From contig CDMY01000033.1 in the NCBI GenBank assembly GCA_001179505.1, positions 1-64,000 on the forward strand: 64,000 bases of DNA. The letters run 5' to 3'. This document shows, one piece after another, positions 1 to 10,330 of the stretch (its first letter is position 1; each line of letters opens with the position of its first letter). Under the pieces are notes generated by a model, which saw only the letters and a list, made by a program, of their open reading frames with translations, was not told where the DNA came from and made no database searches. Origin of the DNA: Vitrella brassicaformis CCMP3155 (taxonomy: Eukaryota; Protista; Chromerida). The position numbers were made by a program, and so were the translations under genes.

Positions 1-106
1 CGACCAACCACAGGTCTCTCAGCTATCAACACCAAACAGCAATACACACGATCAGCACCACAGACAGCAGCGGCGATCAGCAGGAAAAAGGGTCGGGGAA
101 GGGGGC

Positions 107-192
107 AGCAAAAAAGAGTCGCTGTAGTGGGTATGGGATCACTTCGCGAGCAAAAAAGAGTCGCTGTAGTGGGTATGGGATCACTTCGCGAG
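107..192. repeat. Perfect 42-bp tandem duplication (2 copies)
   Basis: AGCAAAAAAGAGTCGCTGTAGTGGGTATGGGATCACTTCGCG occurs at 107-148 and 149-190; it overlaps the stop codon of the 181-1389 ORF. Confidence 0.95.
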
Positions 193-1389
193 GTTCACGA
201 TGTGCTCGCGGCGAGCCTTGACAGCCTCCTCGTTGAGCCGCACTGGGGGTGACTGCGAAAAGTCGAGAATCAGGTCCCACGGACCCAATACCACCACCGG
301 GGCCGGGTGTGGGTACGAGGTTGGTTGGGCTTTCTGACAGTTGGCACAGCACGCCGGCCGCTGGAACCAGAACTCCGCTTCTCCGCCCTGCTGAACCGCC
401 CCGCCTCGTACCGACCGATGAGTGCAGTTGCTGCAAAGCCAGATGCCGGTGAAGAACAGCTGGTCCACCGAGTGCACGAAAGGCTTCAGCTGCTCCGGGG
501 GCGCTAGATCCACGGGATGGACACCAGGGGGCAGAGAGGGAGCGGGGTGGGGGGGTGTGGGATCGTCCTGCTGCTTCTGCTCGTTCTCCTGCTCTCGCTC
601 CTCAGAGCCTTCCTGGTCCTCAGAGTCTCTCTGTTGCTCCTCGTGGTCGTGGTGTCGCTCCTCAGAGTCTCCCTGTTGCTCCTCGTCCTCGTGGTCGTCG
701 ACCTCTTCAGTGTTGGGGTTGTGTGTGTGTTGATGCTCGGGCGTGGCGGATGGGGGCTGTGGTGTGGCCGTCTGCGGCGGTGGTGTGGTCGTCTGCGGGT
801 TTGTGGGGTGCTGCTGGGTCTCGGACGATTGCGACGGCTCAGCAGCCTCAGGCGTCTGCACACGCGCCGCTGCCTCTGCTCGGACGACAGCAGCATGCTT
901 GAGCTCAACACCACCGTGGCGCCGCGCAGCACCACCGCTCCTGTCCAACGTGACGTGTCGGTGGGGGGGCGGCGGATGACGAGAACGAGACCGAGAGCGA
1001 GAACGAGAGCGAGAACGAGACCGAGGACGAGGTGCACGCTTGCGGGGAGGGGGAGGGGACCGCCGAGTCGCCGTGGGACGCTCGATCTCCTTCTGCACCA
1101 CGGACTGACGGCGCTTCGCGTCGTTCACACTCTTGTCGTACTTCCCCCTTGAGATGGCCGACTTGTCGCGCCGCTTATCGAGCTCATCTATCTCGTCAGT
1201 GATCTGCTCTTTCGCGTAGAAGAAGCCCACCAGCTCGTGCTGGTCTCGTCGGTCGTATTTCACTCTCCTGAGCGAGCGATCGACTTTCTCACGGATGGTA
1301 CTGGGCGCGTTGTGGTCGGTGAACAGGTGGCCACGGACGAGATCAGAGGGTCGAGGAGGACGAGATGGACGAGATGAGGGCTTGGACAT
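181..1389 (-). CDS. Intronless 402-aa hypothetical protein: basic N-terminal part, RS-dipeptide run, acidic/Q-rich linker, C-terminal CxxC...CxxC zinc-ribbon-like motif
   Basis: Long ATG-initiated ORF with WLCSNC...CCANC near the C-terminus. No recognisable family; may be TE-derived. Confidence 0.55.
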   Translation of the reverse strand: MSKPSSRPSRPPRPSDLVRGHLFTDHNAPSTIREKVDRSLRRVKYDRRDQHELVGFFYAKEQITDEIDELDKRRDKSAISRGKYDKSVNDAKRRQSVVQKEIERPTATRRSPPPPRKRAPRPRSRSRSRSRSRSRSRHPPPPHRHVTLDRSGGAARRHGGVELKHAAVVRAEAAARVQTPEAAEPSQSSETQQHPTNPQTTTPPPQTATPQPPSATPEHQHTHNPNTEEVDDHEDEEQQGDSEERHHDHEEQQRDSEDQEGSEEREQENEQKQQDDPTPPHPAPSLPPGVHPVDLAPPEQLKPFVHSVDQLFFTGIWLCSNCTHRSVRGGAVQQGGEAEFWFQRPACCANCQKAQPTSYPHPAPVVVLGPWDLILDFSQSPPVRLNEEAVKARREHIVNLAK

Positions 1390-1426
1390 GACGACAGCAG
1401 AGAGGGCAGCAAAGAGGGGGCAGACG

Positions 1427-1726
1427 NNNNNNNNNNNNNNNNNNNNNNNNNNNNNNNNNNNNNNNNNNNNNNNNNNNNNNNNNNNNNNNNNNNNNNNNNN
1501 NNNNNNNNNNNNNNNNNNNNNNNNNNNNNNNNNNNNNNNNNNNNNNNNNNNNNNNNNNNNNNNNNNNNNNNNNNNNNNNNNNNNNNNNNNNNNNNNNNNN
1601 NNNNNNNNNNNNNNNNNNNNNNNNNNNNNNNNNNNNNNNNNNNNNNNNNNNNNNNNNNNNNNNNNNNNNNNNNNNNNNNNNNNNNNNNNNNNNNNNNNNN
1701 NNNNNNNNNNNNNNNNNNNNNNNNNN
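1427..1726. other. Assembly gap (300 N)
   Basis: N run. Confidence 1.
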
Positions 1727-3033
1727 AGACCAACCTCCCCGCAGCCAAACGACAGACCCGCAGATGGAAAAAGAAGACACGCAGATGCACCAGTGTTACG
1801 AAAGTGTCATGGTGCGGATGTCCTCTCTCTGGCAACGGTCAAACCCACACGCGAAGCATACCAGCCATCCATACGCGCAGCCAAACACACCAGACAACTA
1901 ACTGATCTCAGCCAAGCGAGAGAGAGAGAGAAAGAGAGAGAGAGATAGCCAGCCACACACATGCTTTCGTGCCGTCCGCTCTGAGTGAGAGTACCATGTT
2001 CCCCTGACTGATGTGCGGGTCAAATGCATGTGTTGTCTGCCTCAGTGGGTGGTCAGCGAGGGGACGGACCTTGTGGCGGATACGTAGGCACACACTGGGA
2101 GGCTAGAGAGACAACACAGACGGACAGACAGGCAGATCTCAGGCAGATATGCGTGCATGTAATCCCGGTGAGACATGACCCTCAAAAGCATCCCCAGACA
2201 TGCATTCGGCCAGTCGGGAGGAGAGGAGGGGAGTAGGTCAGCACAGGGGCGAGTCCTGGAAGGACGAGGAGGCACATGGACTCAGAGAGAGAGCAAGATC
2301 TGGCTGAGGGAAGATGATGCAAGAAGGGCAGCTAGCTGTTGTACGAGTACTCGTGCCGCCTCGCTGCGGACTCACCGGGAGGGTGACCAGCTGGGCGACG
2401 TACTCGATATCCACCATCACTCACTTGCGCACTCCACCATCACTCACATGAGCACTCCACCATCACTCTGCGGCTCCAAGGGCGGCTTGGGAAGACGCCC
2501 TGCCGAAGGGAATGGTCGGAAGGACCAAAGATCGTGCCGAAGCAACAGATCTCAAGAGAATGACTCAAGTCATATCGGAAGCGAACGATAACGAATCATG
2601 AAACACAACCGGCACTAACTCGCTTGGCCAGCTTCTCTATCTCCCGTCTTTGCCCCCAGGCCCACGCATGCATGCACTGCAGGCTTATCTAGCGCTCTTA
2701 TTCATCAGCAGCCCTCTATCTTCGCTGGCTGCCTCCCCTGTGCCCATCTACGGCTTGTCGTCCTGCCTGCCTACACACGGCTACCATCCTTCAGCCTGTC
2801 ATCCATCAGCATCAGCATCAGCTCCATCCATCCATCCATTCATCCAGGGCTGCATCCTCTCCATCGGCACACGGTCCACGGCATTCAATCCATCCGTCCA
2901 TCACGTCCAGACACCTACGTCCACACTTCCAGTCATCTGAGCCGAGCGCCTTCATCAGGGCCACAGACAGGGGCGAAGGGCATCGTGAGCACTTCGCAAC
3001 AGTGTGTGTGGGGGGGAGGGGGGGGGGGGGGGG

Positions 3034-3333
3034 NNNNNNNNNNNNNNNNNNNNNNNNNNNNNNNNNNNNNNNNNNNNNNNNNNNNNNNNNNNNNNNNNNN
3101 NNNNNNNNNNNNNNNNNNNNNNNNNNNNNNNNNNNNNNNNNNNNNNNNNNNNNNNNNNNNNNNNNNNNNNNNNNNNNNNNNNNNNNNNNNNNNNNNNNNN
3201 NNNNNNNNNNNNNNNNNNNNNNNNNNNNNNNNNNNNNNNNNNNNNNNNNNNNNNNNNNNNNNNNNNNNNNNNNNNNNNNNNNNNNNNNNNNNNNNNNNNN
3301 NNNNNNNNNNNNNNNNNNNNNNNNNNNNNNNNN
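3034..3333. other. Assembly gap (300 N) flanked by poly-G on both sides
   Basis: N run with G homopolymers at both edges. Confidence 1.
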
Positions 3334-3709
3334 GGGGGGGGGGGGGGGGGGGGGGTGTATGTGTGTGGGTGTGGGTGTGTGGGTGTGTGCGGGTGTGGGT
3401 GTGCGCGTGGTGTTTAGGTTTCTGTCTGCCCCCTTCCCCCCCTTCCCCCCCTCCCTCTCTGCAGGTTTTCCTTCTGTCAAGTTTTCATGCTTCGATTACA
3501 TTCTTGTGTTCAATACGGTTCGGTTCCACCCAAGCACTCACGTGTCATGTGGTGTTCATGTTGGTAGCTACATGTGGCGGGTGCTATGGTGTGGCTTTGT
3601 CTGTGCCTGTCTGCCTGTCCTTCTGTCATGGGTGTGGGACTTATACGTGTGGGTCAGTCAAAAGCAAAAGGTGTTGGAAAAGGAATGGCCGCGGCCTCAG
3701 CCATGTCGT

Positions 3710-3782
3710 CAGACAGACAGACAGTCAGACAGACCGACAGACAGGCAGACAGGCAGACAGTCAGGCAGGCAGGCAGACAGTC
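3710..3782. repeat. (GACA/GGCA)n microsatellite
   Basis: cagacagacagacagtcagacagaccgacagacaggcagacaggcag... Confidence 0.9.
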
Positions 3783-4182
3783 CGCCACGCAGGTAGTCAC
3801 CCACGTCCCTTGTGCGACGTGTGTTTCCCTCCTCCCGACATACATGCCGGTCAGCCTTGCATCCCACCTCTAGAGTTGCAGGCAGTCAGACCGTCGCTCA
3901 TGCACATGCATTCCAGAGGCACGCGCGCATCCAGCCAATCACTACCGGTACAGGCAGGTTGGTGCCACGTCAGTCCATGTGTGCATGCAAAAAGGATGGG
4001 TCAATCGGACGAGCTACGGATTGGTCCTCTCTGTGTGGCTGTGTGTCGTGTCGTGCTCTCAAGAGGTAGTCGGGTACATGGGCCATCCATTCAGTCCACA
4101 GAAGAGCGAGAGCATAGCATACGTGGGCACACCCAGACCGATCACATCTACAGAGCATAGCCAGCCATTCAGCCCGCATTCC

Positions 4183-4315
4183 GGCACATCCAAGCCATAG
4201 TCAGTTCGCACACCTAGGCACATCCAACCCATGGTAGGTTGACACACCCCAGCACGTCCAAGCCATAGTTAGTTGACACACCCAAGCACATCCAAGCCAT
4301 GCCGGTAGGTACACA
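4183..4315. repeat. 34-bp minisatellite, about 3.7 imperfect copies
   Basis: Unit RGCACATCCAAGCCATAGTYAGTTGACACACCYM repeated with 34-nt period. Confidence 0.8.
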
Positions 4316-4457
4316 ATCACGCCAACGAGAGGGGAGGGGGCGGGGGGGGCAGGCAGGCATATGTGGTGCCTGGTTCTTAGTGTTGCCTGTCTACACGGCC
4401 GGACAAGAGGTCATCCTGTCCCCCCATCCCTCTATCTAGTTGTCTCCCCCTCCATCG

Positions 4458-4965
4458 CTAGCCATCGTTCGGGGGCGATGGGCTAATGTCCGATCCCTCC
4501 TGCACCACGCCCTTCTGCTCCCCGCTGTTCTTATCCGCCGCGGCTGTGAGTTCCTCACCCCCTCCTGTCGCAGCGTTGGCCTGGTCGTCCGCCGGGTTTG
4601 TGTCGATCATCTGCTGCTGCTCCTTCTTCTTCTTCGCAAAGTCCACTACCGCCGCCGTCAGCGCCGCCCCCTCCAGTTCCTGGGCTTCTGCTCAGGCTGG
4701 GCTGCCCGTTGCTGGGAGGGTGTGGTGGTCTGCTGGGCCGTCGCGCTTCAATTGTCGCGCCTGGCGGCATGCCATAGAAGGCGTACGGCGGGTAGCCACC
4801 CCACCACTGCTGTGCTGCGGCCGGGGTGGGGGCGTGTTGGCCAGGGGGCGCCTGGTGGTTGTGGGTGGTGGTGTTCATGTCCTCACCCCCAGCCACGCCC
4901 ATCCCCGTCCCGTCCACCCCTATCACGCCCGTCCATGGCATGTACAAATACATCGGCACCACCCC

Positions 4966-4996
<31 letters not shown>

Positions 4997-6367
4997 ACCT
5001 CGCTGCGGGCCTTCTGCCGTCTCTCCCCGTCCTCCGTCTCGTCCGTCTCGCCCGGTGGCGGCAGCGGCCGCTTCAATGGGCTCCTCAGGGTGGGGATGGT
5101 GGCAGCAGCGGCAGCGGTCGCAACGTCGGTCTCGGTGGCGGTGCCGAGGGCGGGGTTGGTGTTGTTGGTCGGCTCGGCGCCGGTCTGGGTGGCGGTGGTG
5201 GGGGCGGGGTGGGTGCCCATGGTTGTTGCCCTCCCTTGGATGAGGTCGATGTGAGCGAGGGAATTGAGCTCCTGCTCCTCTGTCAGCCCTGACGTCGGCT
5301 CGTCCCGGCGTGTGTCGTAGGCCGCGAAGATGGCGATCCGCTGGAAGGTGATGTGGGCCCCCCGCTGCTCACTCCCGCCCTGCTCGGTCTCGAAGTTGTA
5401 CACCACGGTCGTGATCCGCCCCCTGCGCTCTATCTCCTCCCGTTTCTCCGGCGTCTTGTACGACTCCGGCCCCTCGTTCCCTCTATGGTCGGTCCGCATG
5501 GTGAACACCTGCCCCACCACCATCCCCTCGGCGACGCGCCAGTCGTGGAAGCGCAGCGATGCGTGGCTGCCGTACACTGTCGTCACCACCCTCAGGGCTA
5601 TCTGGAGGGCGTCCTGGTGCGTCCACACCTCCCGTGGTAGCGGCGGCATCGCGCCCCCCTCCTGGATGGTGACGATGCTGCCGATGGTCACCGCTATCTT
5701 GTCGTCTAGGTCGGTGATGTGGTCCATGGGGATAACGGTGAGGCGCACGGTGGTGTGGGCGAGCCCCACCGCTTGGGCGCCCTGCACCTCAGCGCCGCCG
5801 TGGGGGATCTTGCCGTGGTATACGAGGTCGATTTTGCTCTTGGTCTCCGGCAACTCAGCCTGCATCAGGGGAAGGGAAGGAAAGGAGGGGTGGTCCGTAG
5901 GCGTGGTCTGAGCGTTATTCTCGTGTGCGCGTCTGTGTGCAGTGGTGTCGGCTTATGTTGGAGTACCCGTGGCTTTCGTAGACTCTCAGGTTGGTCAGCT
6001 TCTTGTGCCATCCAGTCTGGATGGACTCAGGCGCCCACTGCAGCTCGAGACGCGTGGTCTGGTCCTCTAGCACGCCATCTATGCGCGGCTGGTTGGGCAG
6101 CACACGCCCGCCGACGAGTGGTGCGGTGAGGATGGTGGTCTTCCCCCGTCGCTTCCACTCGAACATGCCGGTGGAGCACATCGCGAGTTTGTTCTCGGGG
6201 ATCTCGGTAATGGTGTGGTATGAGGGGCCGTAGCTGCAGTATGTGTGGGTGCGGCCGAGCTTCTGCCGTCCGATGGTGGTCTCATGCAGCACGCGGCGCT
6301 GTACAAACCCGAGGGAAAGGTCCGACCGGTGGCACCGGTCGGTCTTGCCGGTGCCGCGCAGCAACAT
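4458..6367 (-). CDS. Hypothetical protein (beta-rich N-terminal region, then Q/P/G low complexity); probably spliced or frame-disrupted
   Basis: ORFs 5915-6367 and 4555-5865 are separated by an intron-like pyrimidine tract ending TGCAG at about 5860. A more protein-like tail (AEAQELEGAALTAAVVDFAKKKKEQQQ) is in another frame ending at 4458. No family recognised. Confidence 0.4.
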
Positions 6368-6659
6368 CTCTTATCTCTTGCCTGAGAGGTTGTGGGGCAA
6401 CAAGGGGGGGCACGTGCATATGTTTTGGGCTGTGTGCGTGCAGGGGGGGTGGTCGCATACCTATCGCAGTTTTTTCGTGGTTTCTGGCTCGGCCATGTGG
6501 GACTCTCGGCTCCGAGGGGCGTAGCAGGCCTTCTCAAACAACGCGTTGCCCTCGATGGGACCCCACGCGAATGCGTGTCGTCGAACTGTTACGAGAGGGG
6601 AGGGCCCCCCGAGTAATGGGAGGCGATCGGCCAGACGGAGAGCATACGAAATTTCCGGG

Positions 6660-6959
6660 NNNNNNNNNNNNNNNNNNNNNNNNNNNNNNNNNNNNNNNNN
6701 NNNNNNNNNNNNNNNNNNNNNNNNNNNNNNNNNNNNNNNNNNNNNNNNNNNNNNNNNNNNNNNNNNNNNNNNNNNNNNNNNNNNNNNNNNNNNNNNNNNN
6801 NNNNNNNNNNNNNNNNNNNNNNNNNNNNNNNNNNNNNNNNNNNNNNNNNNNNNNNNNNNNNNNNNNNNNNNNNNNNNNNNNNNNNNNNNNNNNNNNNNNN
6901 NNNNNNNNNNNNNNNNNNNNNNNNNNNNNNNNNNNNNNNNNNNNNNNNNNNNNNNNNNN
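6660..6959. other. Assembly gap (300 N), poly-G on right edge
   Basis: N run. Confidence 1.
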
Positions 6960-7359
6960 GGGGGGGGGGGGGGGGGGGGGGGGGGGGCGGGGCATTAAAG
7001 GGCAGACGTGTAGGTATTCGAGGCAGACGATGATGCATAGGAAGACGGGCGCATTTCGGTAGGACGGCAGGCATTGGTATTGGCGGAGCTTTGCAAAGGG
7101 AGACTGCGCCAAGGTTGAACGGTGCGCGGCTCCCAGCTGAACCTTTTTTTTGACCGTGTCAAACTGAACCAAACCTTTTCATATGAAAGCCAGGGCACCC
7201 CTGAAGCCCTAATCGAACCGAACCGAACCGAAAATGCCGTCAGAACCGAGAACGAGGCGAAAAGCTCGCAAGGTGAAAAACCTCATGCCCCCGGTGCGAG
7301 CTTGACTTTCTGTCGAGAGTCGCGATGAAACCCTAAAGTCAAACCCTAGACCCTGATGC

Positions 7360-7605
7360 CGAACCAAACCGAACCGAACCCAAACCACTTGTCATCCACC
7401 AGGAGACGCCGTCGAACTGAACTGAACTGAACCGAACCAAAACTATGTCTCATCCACCAGGAGCCCTTGTCGAACCGAACCGAACCGAACCGAACCAAAA
7501 CAATGTATCATCCACCAGGAGCCCTTGTCGAACCGAACCGAACTGAACCGAACCGAAACAAAACAATGTCTCATCCACCAGGAGCCCTTGTCGAACCGAA
7601 CCGAA
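7360..7605 (+). repeat. Minisatellite, 4 units of 58-63 bp (TCATCCACCAGGAGCCCTTGTCG + AACCG pentamers)
   Basis: Unit starts at 7392, 7450, 7508, 7571. Confidence 0.9.
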
Positions 7606-7994
7606 CCCTCCCGAACATTGTGTGGCGCCTGCGTTGTGTGCGGGTGGGTGGTCTGCGAGCACACCTCAGTGATGCCAAACGCAAGACAGTACACAAGCAA
7701 GAGAGGGAGCAGTGGATGTATATGTGTTCATACGTGTTGCTGTTGTGCGAGCAGCATGCACAGTGAATGATTAAAAGAGGCCTGCACAGTTCAAACGTAG
7801 CTAAAGAGATGAGAGAGCAACAAGCGCGTGGGACACAATGACGCATTCACTTTAAAGCACTTGAACGCATCCACTGACGCGCTTTCCTGCGACGTAAGTT
7901 GTCCTTTTTACTGACGTATAAAGCGCGACGGACGCCACACACGACCCATCCGTCTGGTGGTTGGCATCACTGACCTGTTCTGCGTGCCTCCTTA

Positions 7995-8230
7995 CCTTCT
8001 CTTTCTTTCCTTTTTTCTGCCTTTGTGTGTGTGTTTCAGTTTTTTTGTCTTTCTGCGTGTCTTTCTGTGTGTCTTTCTATCTTTCAGTCTGTCTTTCCGT
8101 CTATCTGTCTATCTGTCTTTTTGTCTTTCCGTCTGTCTGTCTATCTGTCCTTCTGTCTTTCTGTCTTTCTGTCTTTCTGTCTTTCTGTCTTTCTTGTTGT
8201 ATCTTTCTGTCTTTCTGTCTCTCTGTCTTC
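7995..8230. repeat. (TCTG/TCTT)n pyrimidine-rich microsatellite
   Basis: tctgtctttctgtctttctgtc... Confidence 0.9.
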
Positions 8231-8232
8231 CT

Positions 8233-8735
8233 TTCGGTTCGGTTTGGTTTGCCTCGCCCAAGTGGTAGAGGGCTGCTCAAATGGTTCGCTTCAGTTCGGT
8301 TTGGTTTGCTTTGCCTCGCCCACCTGGTGGAGGGCTGCTCAAATGGTTCGGTTCAGTTCGGTTTGGTTTGCCTCGCCCACCTGGTGGAGGGCTGCTCAAA
8401 TGGTTCGGTTCAGTTCGGTTTGGTTTGTCTCGGCGTCTCCTGGTGGAGGGGTGCTTGGAATGGTTCGGTTCGGTTCAGTTCGGTTTGGTTTGCCTCGCGC
8501 ACCTGGTGGAGGGCTGCTCAAATGGTTTACTTCAGTTCGGTTTGGTTTGTCTCGGCGTCTCCTGGTGGAGGGGTGCTTGGAATGGTTCGGTTCAGTTCGG
8601 TTTGGTTTGTCTCGGCGTCTCCTGGTTGGTGGAGGGGTGCTTGGAATGGTTCGGTTCGGTTCAGTTCGGTTTGGTTTGCCTCGCCCACCTGGTGGAGGGC
8701 TGCTCAAATGGTTCGGTTCAGTTCGGTTTGGTTTG
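8233..8735 (-). repeat. Minisatellite, about 8 units of about 57-63 bp, two interleaved subtypes, inverted relative to the 7360-7605 array
   Basis: Units GGTTCGGTTCAGTTCGGTTTGGTTTG followed by either CCTCGCCCACCTGGTGGAGGGCTGCTCAAAT or TCTCGGCGTCTCCTGGTGGAGGGGTGCTTGGAAT. Confidence 0.9.
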
Positions 8736-9035
8736 NNNNNNNNNNNNNNNNNNNNNNNNNNNNNNNNNNNNNNNNNNNNNNNNNNNNNNNNNNNNNNNNN
8801 NNNNNNNNNNNNNNNNNNNNNNNNNNNNNNNNNNNNNNNNNNNNNNNNNNNNNNNNNNNNNNNNNNNNNNNNNNNNNNNNNNNNNNNNNNNNNNNNNNNN
8901 NNNNNNNNNNNNNNNNNNNNNNNNNNNNNNNNNNNNNNNNNNNNNNNNNNNNNNNNNNNNNNNNNNNNNNNNNNNNNNNNNNNNNNNNNNNNNNNNNNNN
9001 NNNNNNNNNNNNNNNNNNNNNNNNNNNNNNNNNNN
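8736..9035. other. Assembly gap (300 N)
   Basis: N run. Confidence 1.
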
Positions 9036-9770
9036 CATGCGAGCAGTAAGAGAAAGAGGACGATTGGACGCACATGGAATGCTGATTCCTGTTGCATGGG
9101 CAACTCAGGTCCAGCGCGGCCGACGTAGAATGGCTGCATTGTTCGCTTCTGGGAGAGGTGAGGCGACCCGCACATCGGTAGGGAGCTCGCGATGAGGTGG
9201 GCGTGATGGTGGCGCTTGCGTAGCCCACCACAGGCAACGTGAGGAGAAATTCTCCTCACATTGCGATTTGCGAGCTCAAGTACATGTTCAAGCTGTTTCA
9301 GTGACCGTTGTCGTCTTGTGCGGCGACTGTGGCTCGAGAAACTTGTGGATATATGCTCAGTCGCCTGTCAAAATACGCCGGAAGATGTCCAGAGAGTACC
9401 TCAGTTTCTCACTGATTTCGCATCGTCAACGCACGTTCGACTTGCGCCTGCATCTGCGTAGGCCACAGACGTGTAGAGCAATTACGTACGGTCATCTTTG
9501 CACTGATTGTCAATGATTTATCGTATTGCGTTCGCAGGATATCGGTCAGATAGGTAATCGGCATTTGTTGCCATTCATAAGGTGAAGATGAAGCCCACAC
9601 AACCACACAACCGTGCGCTGCAGATCTGGATGCGTGGGTGTGTGTCTGTCTGTCTGTCTGTGTCTGTGTCTGTGTGGTGTCGTTCAGCGTTACACACACA
9701 GGATGATCAGCTGTCATTGCCTAGTGCTCAAGCTTGTCGGCGAGGTGACGAACGCCTTTGAGAACATGGC

Positions 9771-9826
9771 AATGCTCACCAATGTCAAATGTCCTGCTAA
9801 TGCTCACCAATGTCAAATGTCCTGCT
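9771..9826. repeat. Perfect 28-bp tandem duplication
   Basis: AATGCTCACCAATGTCAAATGTCCTGCT x2. Confidence 0.95.
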
Positions 9827-10330
9827 TGCCAGGCTCCGCCAGACTTAGACATACAAAACACAAGCAGACAAGACGGCAACTCGAGCCACTCACTGCAGAC
9901 ACAAGCCTGCATCATGTGCACGTAGCGAAACAGAGACACTTTAAGCTTTCGTCTGCATCCATCAGACAAACACTCATGTGTGACTCAATGACCCGCAATA
10001 CGACACAGTGAACACCAGGAGGAGGGGGAGGGGGGGGAGGAAGACACAATGCCAATTGCGTGGTGCCGTTCACTCGCCGCGAGCTCCGCCAAAGCTCGCC
10101 ACCATCCTCTTCGATCTGCCTTACAATGGGCTAACCCTCCCTGGCGCGATCAGAACCGTTATAGTAGCCGTTTACGTTCTCCCTTCAACCCCGTCTTTCA
10201 TCGTCAATTCATCATCCCTGGCGATTTCATGCCTCAGGGCATCTATGGCAACAAGCACCTGTCCATATATCTAGGGCAGCACTGTCCTTGCCGCATCAAT
10301 GCTGGTCCATGCTATCCGCGCCTACTGTAG

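Larger units (their letters stand above)
7140..8735. mobile_element. Putative non-autonomous foldback/MITE-like DNA element with inverted minisatellite arms; right end lost in the gap
   Basis: Left arm (about 7215-7605) has (AACCG/AACTG)n plus 58-63-bp units containing TCCACCAGGAG. Right arm (8233-8735) has the reverse-complement pentamers and CTCCTGGTGGA units. No terminal TIR or TSD could be defined. Confidence 0.5.

Noticed and set aside
3013-3356. Poly-G tracts as functional G-quadruplex loci
   Set aside because: They abut gaps (also 6960 and 56703/57011), so true length and context are unknown; likely the cause of sequencing dropout.
2985-4160. Long ORFs spanning N gaps and microsatellites (also at 7961-9195, 17479-18509, 19707-20957)
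   Set aside because: Artefacts of N runs and stop-poor simple repeats.
7360-8735. CRISPR-like repeat/spacer periodicity
   Set aside because: The units have no unique spacers, the context is eukaryotic and there are no cas genes; these are minisatellites.
9036-10050. Possible small gene or ncRNA between the foldback element and the LINE
   Set aside because: Only short exon-like fragments; no tRNA, snoRNA or protein motif could be supported.
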